Below, piece after piece: positions 1-12,539 of a stretch of 64,000 nt of DNA. Numbering within the stretch: position 1 is the stretch's first letter; each line of letters starts with the position of its first letter. The DNA lies in NCBI RefSeq assembly GCF_004010195.1, contig NC_057721.1, positions 37,663,093 through 37,727,092 of the forward strand, read 5' to 3'. Both the position numbers and the translations under genes were made by a program. The stretch comes from Chiloscyllium plagiosum (Eukaryota). Below the pieces are notes generated by a model. That model made no database searches. It had not been told where the DNA came from and was given only the letters and a program-made list of their open reading frames with translations.

Positions 1-455
1 GCGGAAGTGGCTGTGGGAGTGGCCATGATGGGGGCAGTAGTGACATCATCAATCAGCGTGGGGGTGGCAGCTGCACCAGCCGCATAGCTAATCGAGTCCA
101 AGTAGTTCCAGTGGCCGGGGGAATCTTCTGGAATGTTTGAGGAGGGCTGGTTATGGAGGTGGGTAGATAAATGTTTGTTGTACTTACAGTTTTTGATGTT
201 TGAGATGGAGTTGAAATACTGTTTGTTGAGAGTATGAATTCTCTTGAGGATGTAGTACAGAGTGGGTCCTTTGCAATTCTGAGAGTGTGGCCCTCAGCTG
301 AGGCAGAGCTGACTGTAGAGAGGTTAGGTGCCAGCGCATTGCTGCAAGCGTTGAGCGGAGGATCTTGAAGGAGAACTGTTGCTGGTGTTTTTGAATCTGC
401 AGTCTGTACTGTTTGTCCTGTTCGGGTCCAAACTCTCCTATGTTAGTGGGCTTTT
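1..455 (-). mobile_element. Penelope-like retroelement, N-terminal ORF fragment (truncated by window start)
   Basis: Minus-strand ORF FGPEQDKQYRLQIQKHQQQFSFKILRSTLAAMRWHLTSLQSALPQLRATLS resembles the N-terminus of shark Penelope RT ORFs. A similar decayed sequence lies at 36280-36620. Recognised by eye. Confidence 0.6.
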
Positions 456-559
456 GTCCAGTCATCCTGTTTCTTCATTAGTTTACTATGGAATCCCACA
501 GTGGGGAAATAAATCACTTGATATGATATAGAGTCACATAGACTAGAAATGTCCAACTG

Positions 560-2175
560 TAATTGCTAATGTATGGTGGATTGCTTTTCATTACTTAAGA
601 TGACTATGGAACCAACATAGTTAGTCTCAATGCCTGTGGACCTACAGAAGGAGAGAGTGGAGACCTGCAAATTATTCCAGAATTTATGGCGAGCGCTGGA
701 TGGTCACTAGATTCATGAAAAGGCAGGATTTAATAGTCATCAGACAACAACATTTTAAAGCACCTGCCCCCTGAACAAGATGGCAACATCATTAGATTCC
801 ACTGTTTTGTTATTCTGTGTAGAGAGGGATATATATCAATCAGCCTGCATTGGAAATATGGATGAACTCTTCATGAATCTGCAAACAAGATCATGACCAA
901 GATTGGTGATATAAACCCGTGTAAAAATTATTAGTCTTGAGAAGACATGGTTCACTGTGGCTCTGGTTTGTATCTCAGTTGGTGCAATATTAGAGCAGTT
1001 AAAGTGCAAAATTCTCCCCATACAGGAAATTTCAGAAAAGTATTGTCGTCCAAGTTCATGAAAGAGTCTGAATCAATGAAAGCAATTGTAACAAATCCAT
1101 TGAAGAAATATAGTATTTTAAACCAGGTATGTCTTGTCTAGGACAAATTTGAATCCCACCTTGTCAATGATATGGTCAGTGATGTGATATCAAACAATAT
1201 TGACGCAGGGGTTATATTTTGAGTGTCTCACCAACTCGCCATAAATAAATGTCTGGAGGACTGTTCCTGAAAGATGTGGAAGGGTGTTAGAAGGCAAAAG
1301 AAAATTCACTAAAATTTGAAATCTGTGAGCACCGTCAGGAGCAACATAAATCTGGATTATACACTGTTGCCCCATACCCCATTGTCATCTCAAGCCTGCC
1401 TTCACTCAGCCAGAGACCTGGAAACAGGGTAAGCCTTCACAGGTCAGCACCCCAAATGCCTCCCCGAATGCCTATTATGCCTGATTGGGAGTAAGATAAT
1501 GCCCTTAAGTGAGCACTCAATGCTTCTCCTGCTACTCAAGATGGCAGGCTGACAGCAGGCTCACTGCCAAATGGCGTTGTCCTATTTTGTAGCTCCACCC
1601 ACCTGCTTTCATGCCAGTTGTTGGCCCATAAAATCCAGCCTGTTCTCACAAATGAAATAGACATACAGAATGAACTTGATCCCATATTGTCAAAAAAAAT
1701 CACTTCTGAAGTGGAAAATATCGAAAGTACTTGATGGTGTAAAGGATGATAATTTGTGGATGGATAATGTCAATGTTAGTGGACCTGCCAACAATGATAA
1801 TGTTAACCACTGTGAGGAAAATCTGGATGAAAATGCCATACAACCAGGCTATTGGGGTGAATCGTTTGTTCATTTAGATAGCAATCAGTATCCTTTTGAA
1901 GGATTTCAATATGAAATGTTGTAAATCATTCATTATGGTACATAGTTATATTGTTTAAAATTTATATGATGTGTAATTTTATCAAATGTATATTAGAATT
2001 TTTATGAATTATTGAATGTTGGTTTTACTTTTATTCAATGTGACTCCTTTGGGCCCAAATAAAACATTTTTGTGTGAATTCCTGAAAATATTGCCCCATA
2101 TAATAATTGACCTCCTGATGCTTAATCTCACATGATTTGTCTCAGAAGTTCAACTTTTACATAGCTATCTGCATT
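560..2175 (+). mobile_element. Decayed pogo/Tc2-family (Tc1/mariner superfamily) DNA transposon, transposase pseudogene
   Basis: Ordered motifs with stops and frameshifts: FMASAGW/TRFMKRQDL (683-730, CENP-B-type HTH), CIGNMDE (846-866, first catalytic D), EKTWFTVALVC (939-971), VCLV*DKFESHL (1127-1162, second D), NNIDAGVIF, and KKSLLKWKISKVLDGVKDDNLW (~1694-1759). A Tc2-like terminal remnant lies at ~2090-2175. Confidence 0.8.
1352..1640. mobile_element. MITE-like insertion inside the pogo transposase
   Basis: GC-richer block bounded by imperfect inverted ends (CTGGATTATA ... CATAAAATCCAG). It interrupts the transposase motif order. Confidence 0.45.
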
Positions 2176-2633
2176 GGTTTCCTTCCTTTTCATACACGAA
2201 TGCAATCCAGGTGGGGTAATCTGTGCTTGCAAGGAAACTTCTGCCAAACTAACCTCATTCACATATACACACTGAAAAATGATGGAAATAGTCACTAGGT
2301 CTGGCAGTGTCTTTGGAGAGAGAAATTATGTTCATGGACTGGATTTTCCTAATAGACTCAGGAACTGCATGTTGGACCATTTCCCAGTGTTGTGTTCCTG
2401 AGTTCTGAATGAACCCACGCACATTAGTCCCTCCCCTCCCTACACCACCATCACCAGTTAATCAGGTGTACAGACTCAATTTCAAGTCAGCACTTTTCAA
2501 AGTAGACCTGAAGTGGATGGACATCAAGGCTAACAGATTGAAAGTCCATTGACTAGGACTTTGGCCCAGTTCGTTAGATGATTGTTAGGGACCTTAGTGT
2601 TTAACCCAATCCATACCCTCAAGTTGCCGCAAT

Positions 2634-2658
2634 ACACACACACACACACACACACACA
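2634..2658. repeat. (AC)n microsatellite
   Basis: Direct reading. Confidence 0.95.
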
Positions 2659-3621
2659 TTCCATCCTTGCCCCTCTCAATGTCCCCCATGTATCCTTAAT
2701 ATCCACTATGGACTGAATTGGAGCTCTACAGAAACACTGGAAAATCTTTCTTTTCCTTACTCACTGTCAGAACAAAAAGATTTCCTTATGAAAATATGCT
2801 ACAGGAAGGACCTATAACTTTTTATTTAGTTACACTGAAAGGCTGCAGAACTGAAATATTAATTCTGTTTCTGTCTCTGCTGATACTGCCTAACTTGCTG
2901 AATGTTTCCAGCATTTTATTAGGTTTTCCTCACTGTAGTTAACATCATCATTGTTGGCAGGTCCAGTAACATTTTATTTCAGACTCCAAGCATCCAAAGT
3001 ACTTTGCTTCTGCATCTTTTGAATGTGTTCATGCTGTTCAGACATTTATAAAATTTTGCAATTTGCCTAACATTAATCCACTTTCTCATATAAAATTGAC
3101 ATGTAAAATTTCTCTTTTATAAGGTGTATATGAATATATGCTTAAAGAAAATTTTTGGCCCTTTGATATTGCTTTGCTATTCAGTAATTTCTTCTGATAT
3201 GAATGTTGAATCTCCTTATCAGCTGTAATGGTTAAACAGAAGGGTGCAGGATGGGTCAGGCAGTATAAAAGGCACCATAGTGTGGATAATTATCCCAACC
3301 TCCGCATCTCTGACTCATTCTAAGAGACAGTGGTGATATTGCATCAGTAAATAAGCACTAAATTGGTGTGCAAGGGACTGCGGCTTTGTTGGCGGAGCAA
3401 GCAGTTTCACCTCCTTCCCAAAAACAAGGAGCTGCTTGGGAAGCTTGTGTAATTATTCTGATGTAGCAAGATTTCCATATTGTAAGATAAACATGATAAA
3501 GAATTAGAGACTATGCCCATGTAGACTTGTGTGCTCCATGGAAAAATGCTGCTAACCAGAGATGAATTGGGAAGTTCAGCTTGCTTGTTTTTTCTACCAG
3601 ACCAGGGTTAGGCATGTTAAT

Positions 3622-3832
3622 AAAAGCAGAAGTTGCTGGAAAAGCTCTGCAGATCTGGCAGCACCTGTGAAGAGAAATCAGAGTTAATATTTGGGTCCAG
3701 TGATCCTTCCTCAGAAGGAGCTGAAATGTTAACTCTGCTTTCTCGCCACAGATGCTGTCAGACCTGCTGAACTCTTCCAGCAATTTCTGTTTTTTTTTAT
3801 TTACAGCATCTGCAGTTCTTTCTGTTTTTATT
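3622..3832. mobile_element. Penelope pLTR-derived fold-back element (decayed)
   Basis: Arms ~3622-3692 and ~3724-3793 are imperfect reverse complements. Same family as 60880-61000, which is attached to a GIY-YIG C-terminus. Confidence 0.7.
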
Positions 3833-4253
3833 TGGGCAAATTAATGCTTGCATACTAGGTAGCTATCACAAAGACAGTCTATTAATCTCATTGAACTCAT
3901 AAAGTCCAATCATTTAAGCTGCATTGACAAGATGCCAATCAGTCATTTCGTGCCACTAATGACGACATTGCTGGCCAGAGACATCAGCTGACCACAGATA
4001 AACTCCAAGCAGATCATCAGACATACAAAAGTTTTCAATGCTGTCAGAACTACTATCTACATAAAATCAAGAGTACACCATTTAGTTTGCTAATATCACT
4101 CTAACAATAGATTTTTAATCTCAATTTTTGATTCCTTTTCTCTATATTATACCTCACTGTGCTACTTATTTTTGGAAAGTTTCCTGATTCATTACTAAGT
4201 GTTTGAATTGATTATGCCCTTATGACCAAGGGAAGCTAGATATTCCATACTGT

Positions 4254-4780
4254 GGGAGGCACTGGCATAGTGGTAATGTTACTAGACTAGTATCTCAGAG
4301 CTTTAGGCTAACGCAGCACTTGCCTGGATGAGTGCAACTCCAACTCAGGAAGCTTGACACCATCCAGGACAAAGCAGCTACTTGATCGGCACCACATCCA
4401 CAAATATCCATTCTCATCAATATTGATGCTCAGTAACAGCAGTGTGTACTATCTACAAGACACATGGCAGAAATTCACAAAAGATCCATAAACAGCACCT
4501 TCCAAGCCCATGACTACTTACATCTAGAAGGACCAGGGCAGCAGATATGAGAATACCACCACCTGCAAGTTCCCCTCCAAGCCACTTACCACACTGATTT
4601 GGAAATATATCACTGTTCTTTCACTGTTGCTGGATCAATATCCTGGAACTTCCTCTCTCAGGGTGTGGTGGGTTAACCCACAGTGCATGGACTACTGCAG
4701 TTCATGAAGGCAGCTCACCACTATCATCAAGGGCAACTGGGGACAGGCAATGAATGCCAGCCAGCAATGTCCATGTCCTA
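4254..4780 (+). mobile_element. tRNA-type SINE head fused to the 3' end of a CR1/L2-group LINE (family B)
   Basis: 4254-4314 has an A-box-like TGGCATAGTGG and matches the SINE head at ~63795-63840 (minus). From 4315 the sequence encodes KLDTIQDKAA-type RT C-terminal residues and the family B tail (cf. ORF 24387-24695). Confidence 0.7.
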
Positions 4781-4874
4781 TGATAAAAAGAAAGTATTGA
4801 TAATGATGAGGTAATAGATATCACACCAATTGAATTGACTGAAGACTGGCATCTGTGATCCTGGGACCACTGAC

Positions 4875-5480
4875 TGAAGGAGGCAAAGATGGATCATCCA
4901 CTTGGCACTTCTCACTGAAGATTGCTGCAAATGTCTTATCTTATAAGTCTTGTCTTTCGCATGATGGTTATGCTCTACCATAATTGATGATGGGGATATT
5001 TGTGGAACCACTTTCTCCAGTGCGTTGTTTAATTGAATCCATCCGTAACAGGATACTAGGAGTGACCCCTGCACAGTACTTGGAGAGATGAGATCCAGTG
5101 TGGTCTTTGAGGATACCTTCCACTTTGTTATGTGATCCTAATGCCATTCTAATTAGGGTAAATCTAGAATACATCAGTCAGCTCAAAACTGTGCATCATA
5201 AGGCACAATAGATCATGAACAACAGCAGAATTATACTTAACAGCACTTCTGCCACTCTACTATTACCATCATGTCTGAAGATCAACTCTGGTTCATAAAA
5301 TGTCCAGAAGAGCATGTCAGGAGCAACATCAGGCATATCTAGAAAAAAATGAGATATCAATCTGGTGAAGTTGAAAACAGGATTACTTGCATGCCAAACA
5401 GTGGAAGCAGCATGCAGTAACTGGAGCTAAATGATTCCACAACTAACAGATCAAATCTAAGCTCTGCCACGTGGACAACT
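4875..5480 (-). mobile_element. Family B LINE internal fragments (decayed)
   Basis: Similar to segments at 52595-52860 (e.g. GATGGGGATATTTGTGGA). Confidence 0.55.
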
Positions 5481-6289
5481 AAACAACAGAGTGTAGGAGG
5501 ATAATTTTCAATTACTTTTGAACTGTTTTGACAATGCAAGGATGCTTGTTTAGCAAATCAGGTCATCAACTTAACTGCAAACTTCCTGGTCCTTGCTGAT
5601 CTTCTGTGATTTGTATAATGCCTTTACCAAATGAACCATTGGGTGACCACTGGATTTATTCTTAATGCTGAATTGAATGTAAATGGTTCATTAAATATAA
5701 TCAATACTTAATTGCAAGTAGAAGAGACTTAAGCATGCAATATTAAAATGGATGATGCAAAGTCTGTTTATGAATTGTAAATTCTCCAGAAATGTTTAGG
5801 GTAGAACTAATTAGGTCAGATTTGTGTCTGCTGATGACTCATGTTTTGATGGCATTTTAATGATTTGATGTTTGAACTTGGTGCTTTCTGAAACCAAAAT
5901 AATTGCTGCTCAGTAAATGAAATATTTGTTAATCTGAATTTTAAGCAATTTATGTGTGTAGTTGGCATCTTTACAAGTTAATAACTGGCAATATATTGTC
6001 AATCTAGTGTTTTGTGCCATGGTACAGCTAGACCTGATTTGTTTTCAGTTTTTTTTTATCAAATAGCTCTTTCCAGCTTATTGCAACAGAAGCACTCCTC
6101 AGAGACACATCATACCGATTATCATCACTCAGCTACTGTTTTGTACAGAGAAAATGTCAGAAGTTTAATACATTATTTGCTTTCACTTCAACCAGAAGAA
6201 TGTCACAGTAAGCTGATGGGAAAAACTACGCCCTGACATATTTGCAGTCTGACTTAAGTGTTTTCTTACTTCAGAATAGTAGTATATTA

Positions 6290-6630
6290 ATTTGTATTTA
6301 TATAGCACCTACAGCATGTTAGAACATCCCCTGGTGCCTCATAACACTACTATCAAACAAAAGTTGGTACCGAAACTCATGAGGAGCTACAAATGCCTGA
6401 TGTTTGGTTTTAAGGAACATCTTAAAGGGGAAAGAGAGATATGGAGAGAATTCCAGAACATACAGCCTCTGCAGCTGAAGGCATTGACTGCCATTGGTGA
6501 AAGCAGTTGAAACTAGGGGAGAGCAAATTGAAGGAGCATAAACATCTCTGATGGTTGTAGGGCTGAAGGGAGTTTCAGAAAATTGATGGTCACGACAAAG
6601 GAGGGGTTTGGAAGCTAGAATGAGAGCTTA
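6290..6630 (-). mobile_element. L2-type LINE 3' fragment
   Basis: TTGTATTTATATAGCACCT tail and GAGAGAATTCCAGA...CAGCTGAAGGCA segments typical of vertebrate L2 3' ends. Confidence 0.55.
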
Positions 6631-6844
6631 ATTGAATCGTAAGAAATTAACTTACACAGACAAATTAAATACAGCCACATAATATTTCACTTATATAAAA
6701 GCAAAGAAGAATAGTCATACTTGACTCTAAATGTTAACTCTCTTTTTCTCCACACTGACAAAACTGCTGAGTTGCTCTCGCACATCTTTTCATATATTCA
6801 CTCATGGGATATGGGCAGTGCTGGTTGGCCAGCATTTTATTTAA

Positions 6845-7452
6845 AGCTGTGGTTCTGTTCGCCGAGCTGGAAGTTTTTGTTGCAAACATTTCGTCCCCTG
6901 TCTAGGTGACATCCTCAGTGCTTGGGAGCCTCCTGTGAAGCACTTCTGTGATGTTTCCTCCGGCATTTATAGTGGCCTGTCCTTGCCGCTTCCGGTTGTC
7001 AGTTTCAAACTGTCCGCTGTAGTGGCCAGTATATTGGGTCCAGGTCGATGTGTTTGTTGATGGAGTTTGTGGATGAGTGCCAAGCTTCTAGGAACACACT
7101 GCAGCACACCAGAACTGCAAAAAGAGGAAGAGGAACACCTATACAAGGTATTTGCAAAAAACGGATCCCATGCAAGGGCTGCACAAAACACTATATAGGA
7201 CAAACAGGAAGACAGCTAACAATCCGCATCCATGAACATCAACTAGCCACGAAACGACACGACCAGCTATCCCTAGTAGCCACACACGCAGACGACAAGC
7301 AACATGAATTTGACTGGGACAACACTACCATTATAGGGCAAGCCAAACAAAGAACAGCCAGGGGACGAAACGTTTGCAACAAAAACTTCCAGCTCGGCAA
7401 ACAGAACCACAGCAACGAGCACCCGAGCTACAAATCTTCTCACAAACTTTGA
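6845..7452. mobile_element. Penelope element with GIY-YIG endonuclease fragment, inverted configuration, 11-bp TSD
   Basis: ORF 7048-7452 has IPCKGCTKHYIGQTGRQLTIRIHEHQ (GIY-YIG). 6846-6900 is the reverse complement of ~7359-7413. ATTTTATTTAA is duplicated at 6834-6844 and 7453-7463. Confidence 0.9.
6882..6921 (-). ncRNA. Minimal hammerhead ribozyme motif in Penelope pLTR
   Basis: Minus strand reads GCA-CUGAGGA-U-GUCACC-UAGACA-GGGGAC-GAAA-UGUU-UGC: core boxes CUGANGA and GAAA, a stem II, and a 3-bp helix I. Confidence 0.65.
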
Positions 7453-7548
7453 ATTTTATTTAACACTTAACCTGTGGTTGGCTTATTTCCTGAAATGCAA
7501 ATCTGTGATTCAGATTCTTGAAACTCCTAATTTAGTTTCTTTAAATCA

Positions 7549-8453
7549 AGCGAAGAGGGTTACCTCAGATTACAACGGGTTCTTGAGCAGATGGGCCAAT
7601 GGGCTGAGAAGTGGCAGATGGAGTTTAATTCAGATAAATGCGAAGTGCTGCATTTTGGGAAAGCAAATCTTAGCAGGACTTATACACTTAATAGTATACA
7701 CTTAATAGGGAGTGTTGCTGAACAAAAAGACCTTGGAGTGCAGGTTCATAGCTCCTTGAAAGTGGAGTCACAGGTAGATAGGATAGTGCAGAAGGCATTT
7801 GGTATGCTTTCCTTTATTGGTGAGAAAATTGAGTACAAGACTTGGGAGGTCAAGTTGCGGCTTGGGAGGTCAAGTTGCGGCTGTACAGGATATTGCTTAG
7901 ACCAGTGTTGGAATATTGCGTGCAATTCTGGTCTCCTTTCTATCAAACAGATTTTGTGAAACTTGAAAAGGTTCAGAAAAGATTTACAAGAATTTTGCCA
8001 GGGTTGAAGGATTTGATCTATAGGGAGAGATTGAATAGGCTAGGGCTGTTTTCCCTGGAGCGTTGAAGGTTGAGGGGTGACCTTATAGAGGTTTATAAAA
8101 TCATGAGGGACATGGATAGGATAAATAGACAAAATCTTTTCCCTGGGATCGGGGAGTCCAGAACAAGCGGGCATAAGTTTAGGGTGAGAGGGGAAAGATA
8201 TGAAAGAGACCTAATGTGCAACGTTTTCACGCAGAGAGTGGTACGTGTATGGAATGAGCTGCCAGAGGAAGTGGTGGAGGCTGGTACATTTGCAACATTT
8301 AAAAGGCATTTGGATGGGTATATGAATAGGAAGGGTTTGGAGGGATATGGGCCGGGTGCTGGCAGATGGGACTAGATTGGGTTGGGATATCTCATGGGCA
8401 TGGACGAGTTGGGCCGAAGGGTCTGTTTCTGTGATGTACATCTCTATGACTCT
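7549..8453 (+). mobile_element. CR1 LINE 3' fragment (RT C-terminus and tail)
   Basis: WAEKWQMEFNSDKCEVLHFG, LEYCVQFWSP, RGDLIEVYKIM, FTQRVVRVWNELP, tail CTCTATGACTCT. Internal 20-bp tandem duplication at 7841-7880. Confidence 0.95.
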
Positions 8454-9469
8454 AAGTCATTTGATAGTTTTACATCAGTGACATTGCTGTTTTCTCTCCT
8501 GAGTTCTGTTTCAATGCCTTGACTGAGTAATATGTGCATCTTCATATTTCCCAATTGTACCCGCACGTCATTTGCAAAAGTTTGATAATTATGATATTTA
8601 GTATTTGAGTAGGTTGAAATGGGCAATGACTCCTTTTTGGCACAAGGCCAGTTTAGAGTACTGAGACAAAACTTTGTGTAATTTCCATAAAGAATAGAAT
8701 AAGGTAGTCAGCAGAAAGGTAATTTATACGTGACCAACCTTATTGAATACCATTGAAGAAGTAACAGTAAAAATGCAGAAGTAATGTATTTGAATTTTCA
8801 AATGATTTTTCATAGCTTTGAGTCTACTATATGGGGCACTACGTTGGAGCTGGTGGAAGCAGGGCAAATAGCCAAGTGGATAGCTAACTGACTATAACAC
8901 AGAAAGTAGGGAGTTGGTGTTAAAGGTAGGTGGGTGGGAGTGACTGTGACTCCCTTGGATGGGTCTCCCATGGGAGACAGGTCTGATTAGTTACCATTGA
9001 GGCAGTTTTGCCATCATTTTGTCTGCCACAGGTTTACTCGTACCTCCTTGTTGATCCTTCCAGTAATCGTAGTGGCTTTACAACTGGCTAGCCAAATGAC
9101 ATTGCGAGAAAAATCATGAGATGGCCTGAGATCTGCATGGATCAGGACACTAAGGTATCAACCCCCAAGCAGAGTTTTGTAATGGAAGGACGGAATGACC
9201 CACATCAGTCCGGATGGGAGGGAACCCGGAAAAACACCTCCCCTGGGGATGTGTTAGTTGCAGTGACTTGTACACAATGCCAATGCCACGTAAACCGCTG
9301 CTCTATAGTCATCAATGCTGAGAAAAAGTCAATTTCCCCACAGACTGAGGAAATGGGCGAAGTCCAAGAGACAAAATACAAGACAGGAATCAACTTGCAG
9401 AATAAGCATATAATTGGCAAAATAATTGCCATATAACTGGGTGTGAAGTGATGCATTTTTGTGGGATGA

Positions 9470-9940
9470 ATAAGGTCACATACAGATTGGATAATAGGAG
9501 GATGAGGTAGAAAGAAAAAAATCTATAGTTACAAGATAATAAAACTTGCAACAGGGGCTATAAAATCATACAAAAAGTATGGAAAAAAAGCACTTATGTT
9601 CAGTTCTGGAAGTGAAAATGAGTTAACGGTGAGTTAAACCTGCGTAGAACCTTGCTTGGTTCATACTTGGGAGTACTGTAAACAGTTCTAGTTACTATTA
9701 TGAAAATGATATTGAGGACGATGCTAAAGTAATTCACAAGGATACTAGAACTGAAAGGATAAGTAGTTAGCTTTCTATGATATGGGATAATATGATTCTG
9801 TTCTATGATTCTTATCGGGAAACATTGAACAGTCTGAGGCTCTTTTCTCTGGAAAAGTGAAGGTTATCAAGTAATGTGAAGATTGAGATTATGAAACATT
9901 TTGATCGGGTAAGGTATAGAGAAGGATGTTACCATGAGGA
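9470..9940 (+). mobile_element. Highly decayed CR1 fragment
   Basis: GAGTACTGTAAACAGTTCTAG and CTCTTTTCTCTGGAAAAG resemble the EYCVQFW and LFSLE segments. Confidence 0.5.
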
Positions 9941-9989
9941 GTAAGCATGAGATGGAAATTTTGTAAATTACATTTTAAAGAAAAGCCAC

Positions 9990-11240
9990 ATAAACCTCTC
10001 AGGGACAAAGGAATAGAAGGATTAGATTGGATGAAAAGGAGATCTATGTGAAGCCTAAATGCCAACCAGTAATGAGCGTGGTGTTATCCATTTTGGTCAG
10101 AAGAATAGAAAAGGCAACTTATTATCTGAATAGAGAACTGCAAAATGCTTTGGCGTGGAGGAACCTGGATGCTATCGTGCATAAATTGCAGAAAGCTAGT
10201 ATGCAGGTATAGGAAGGTACTAGGTAGGGCAAATGCAATTTTAACATTTATTGCTAAAGGGATGCAGTATAAAAGTCATAAAAAGTTGTTGCAACTATCC
10301 AAAGCACTGGTGAGACTGGAGCTGGAGTACTGTGTACAGTTTTTTTCCCCTTACTTGAGGAAGGATGTCATTTTATTGGAGGCAGTTCCGAGAAGGTTGA
10401 CTAAATTCATTCCAGAGATGAAAGTCTTGTCTTGTGAGAAGAGATTGAGCAATTTTAGTGTGATGCTGGTGCTGAGCAGTTTTAGCCTATGCTTGCTAGA
10501 GTTTAGAAGAATTAGGTATAGAACATAGAACATAGAACATAGAAGAATACAGCGCAGTACAGGGCCTTCGACCCTCGATGTTGCGCCGATCCAAGCCCAA
10601 ATAACCTACACTAGCCCACTATCCTCCATATGCCTATCCAATGCCCGCTTAAATGCCCATAATGAGGGAGAGTCCACCACTGCTACTGGCAGGGCATTCC
10701 ATGAACTCACGACTCGCTGAGTAAAGAACCTACCCCTAACATCTGTCCTATACCTACCCCCCCTTAATTTAAAGCTATGCCCCCTTGTAATAGCTGACTC
10801 CATGCGTGGAAAAAGATTCTCACTGTCGACCCTATCTAAACCTCTAATCATCTTGTAAAACCCCTAATCATCTTGTATATCAGATGCTAAAGGAGATTGA
10901 CAAAGTAGATACAGTGGATGTTTCCCCTTTTGGGGCAATCTCAAATGAGAGGTCATAGTTTTAGGCTGGGATGGCAGATTTAAACAGAGATGAGGAAGAG
11001 TTACATCTTTCAAAAGGTTATATATCTGTGGCATTCACTACCCCAGGGTGTGGTAAATGTCAGCAGACTGAATAAATTTGAGGAGATAGCTTTTAATGAA
11101 TAATGGGTTGAAGGGTTGTGAGGAGAGGACAGGAAAGTGGAGTTGAGATGAGATGAGGTCAGTCATGATTGTACTAAATGGTGGAGCAGGCTAAAGGGGC
11201 TGAATTGCCTATTCCTACTCCTGCTAGTTTTATGTTCTGT
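9990..11240 (+). mobile_element. Older CR1 fragment interrupted by a younger CR1
   Basis: KALVRLELEYCVQFFSPYLRKDV in ORF 10145-10528. It resumes after 10878 and ends at CCTATTCCTACTCC..TTATGTTCT. Confidence 0.85.
10518..10878 (-). mobile_element. Young CR1 3' end nested in older CR1
   Basis: Open ORF MIRGLDRVDSENLFP...FFTQRVVSSWNALP, (TAGAACA)n tail at ~10519-10545, retained CpGs. Confidence 0.9.
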
Positions 11241-11714
11241 TGCACTGTTTCTTTGCTGTAGACTCTCTATGGGAAAGATTTAAATGACAAGTAAATGGTT
11301 AGGTTTAAATCAGATGGGACTGTAAAATATTAAATATCTGAATCCCATTACATGCCTCATATTTATGCACTGAGCCTTGGGAAGCCTGGCAGCTATAGTA
11401 AAGTGAGAACCTATGGATTGAGAAGGAGGCAAGTTCCTTTCCACCTACCCAGTGAATCCTGTGTATTTGTCTCATCAACAGAGCAAACTCCATGACTATA
11501 TTCCATCTATTTTCCTACCAGCACTGCAACTCCTGCCCTAATAGTCTCCTCTTGATTCTCCATCCCAGGAAATCTGTCCATGACTCTGGAATACTTGTCC
11601 ATCCATGGGTGCTTCTCCACTCCTCCAACCACATATTCCAAGTGGGTCAGAAATTTCAAGTCTATCCCTATGTAACTAAAATTGCAACACAACATGGACA
11701 GATATCTCATTATC

Positions 11715-11910
11715 GAGAAAAAGTGAGGGCTGCAGATGCTGGAGATCAGAGCTGAAAATGTGTTGCTGGAAAAGCGCAGCAGGTCAGGCAGCATCCAAGG
11801 AACAGGAGAATCGACGTTTCGGGCATAGGGCTTATGCCCGAAACGTCAATTCTCCTGTTCGTTGGATGCTGCCTGACCTGATGCGCTTTTCCAGCAACAC
11901 ATTTTCAGCT
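11715..11910. mobile_element. Penelope pLTR-derived palindromic element with 16-bp TSD
   Basis: Near-perfect hairpin 11749-11911 centred on ~11830. CAGATATCTCATTATC is duplicated at 11699-11714 and 11911-11926. Confidence 0.9.
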
Positions 11911-12539
11911 CAGATATCTCATTATCTTCCAGGTTGTCATAGCTATTGCACTGTTTAACTGCTGTAGTCTTACCCCTGCCAAGAAGTTTAACTTTGAAAA
12001 CTCCAAATCAGCTTCCCTTATCCTTGAGTTATCTTTTTCACTCTCCTATTCATTTCAACTTCGGGGCATACTGCAATTCACTTAGCTTTGTAAATTTATG
12101 GTTATGATATTGCTCTGTGATAAAATGTTATCTCTTTTTAAATTATAAATGTTTATTGTCATAGAATTTCATTTATTCTTTGTGCAATTCCATTTGAATG
12201 TTTAAATATTTTAAATGTTAGGATGAATTGTGACACTTTTGGAACAAGAAATTAATTAGATATTTAGCGCTGAGATTCCTGAGGGGGAATTTGGAGGGTT
12301 GTGCATCTTAGAATTCCCTATTCAAAAAACTATGGATGCTAGTTCTAAATATATTAATGATGAGGTTGATCAATTTCTGTATGAGTGAACTAAGAGGTAG
12401 GAAGTTCCAGGTGCTTTAGCAAGTCAGCCATGAATATGTTAAATGGCTGGATATTCTCAAAAAGGAAGTTACTTATTCCTACTACTTACCTAAATATTTT
12501 GCACGGACATCTTTTTTTCATTAGTGTCTTTTTTTTCTT

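Noticed and set aside
11749-11911. Possible pre-miRNA hairpin
   Set aside because: It is repeat-derived, TSD-flanked and longer than a typical pre-miRNA. There is no evidence of processing from sequence alone.
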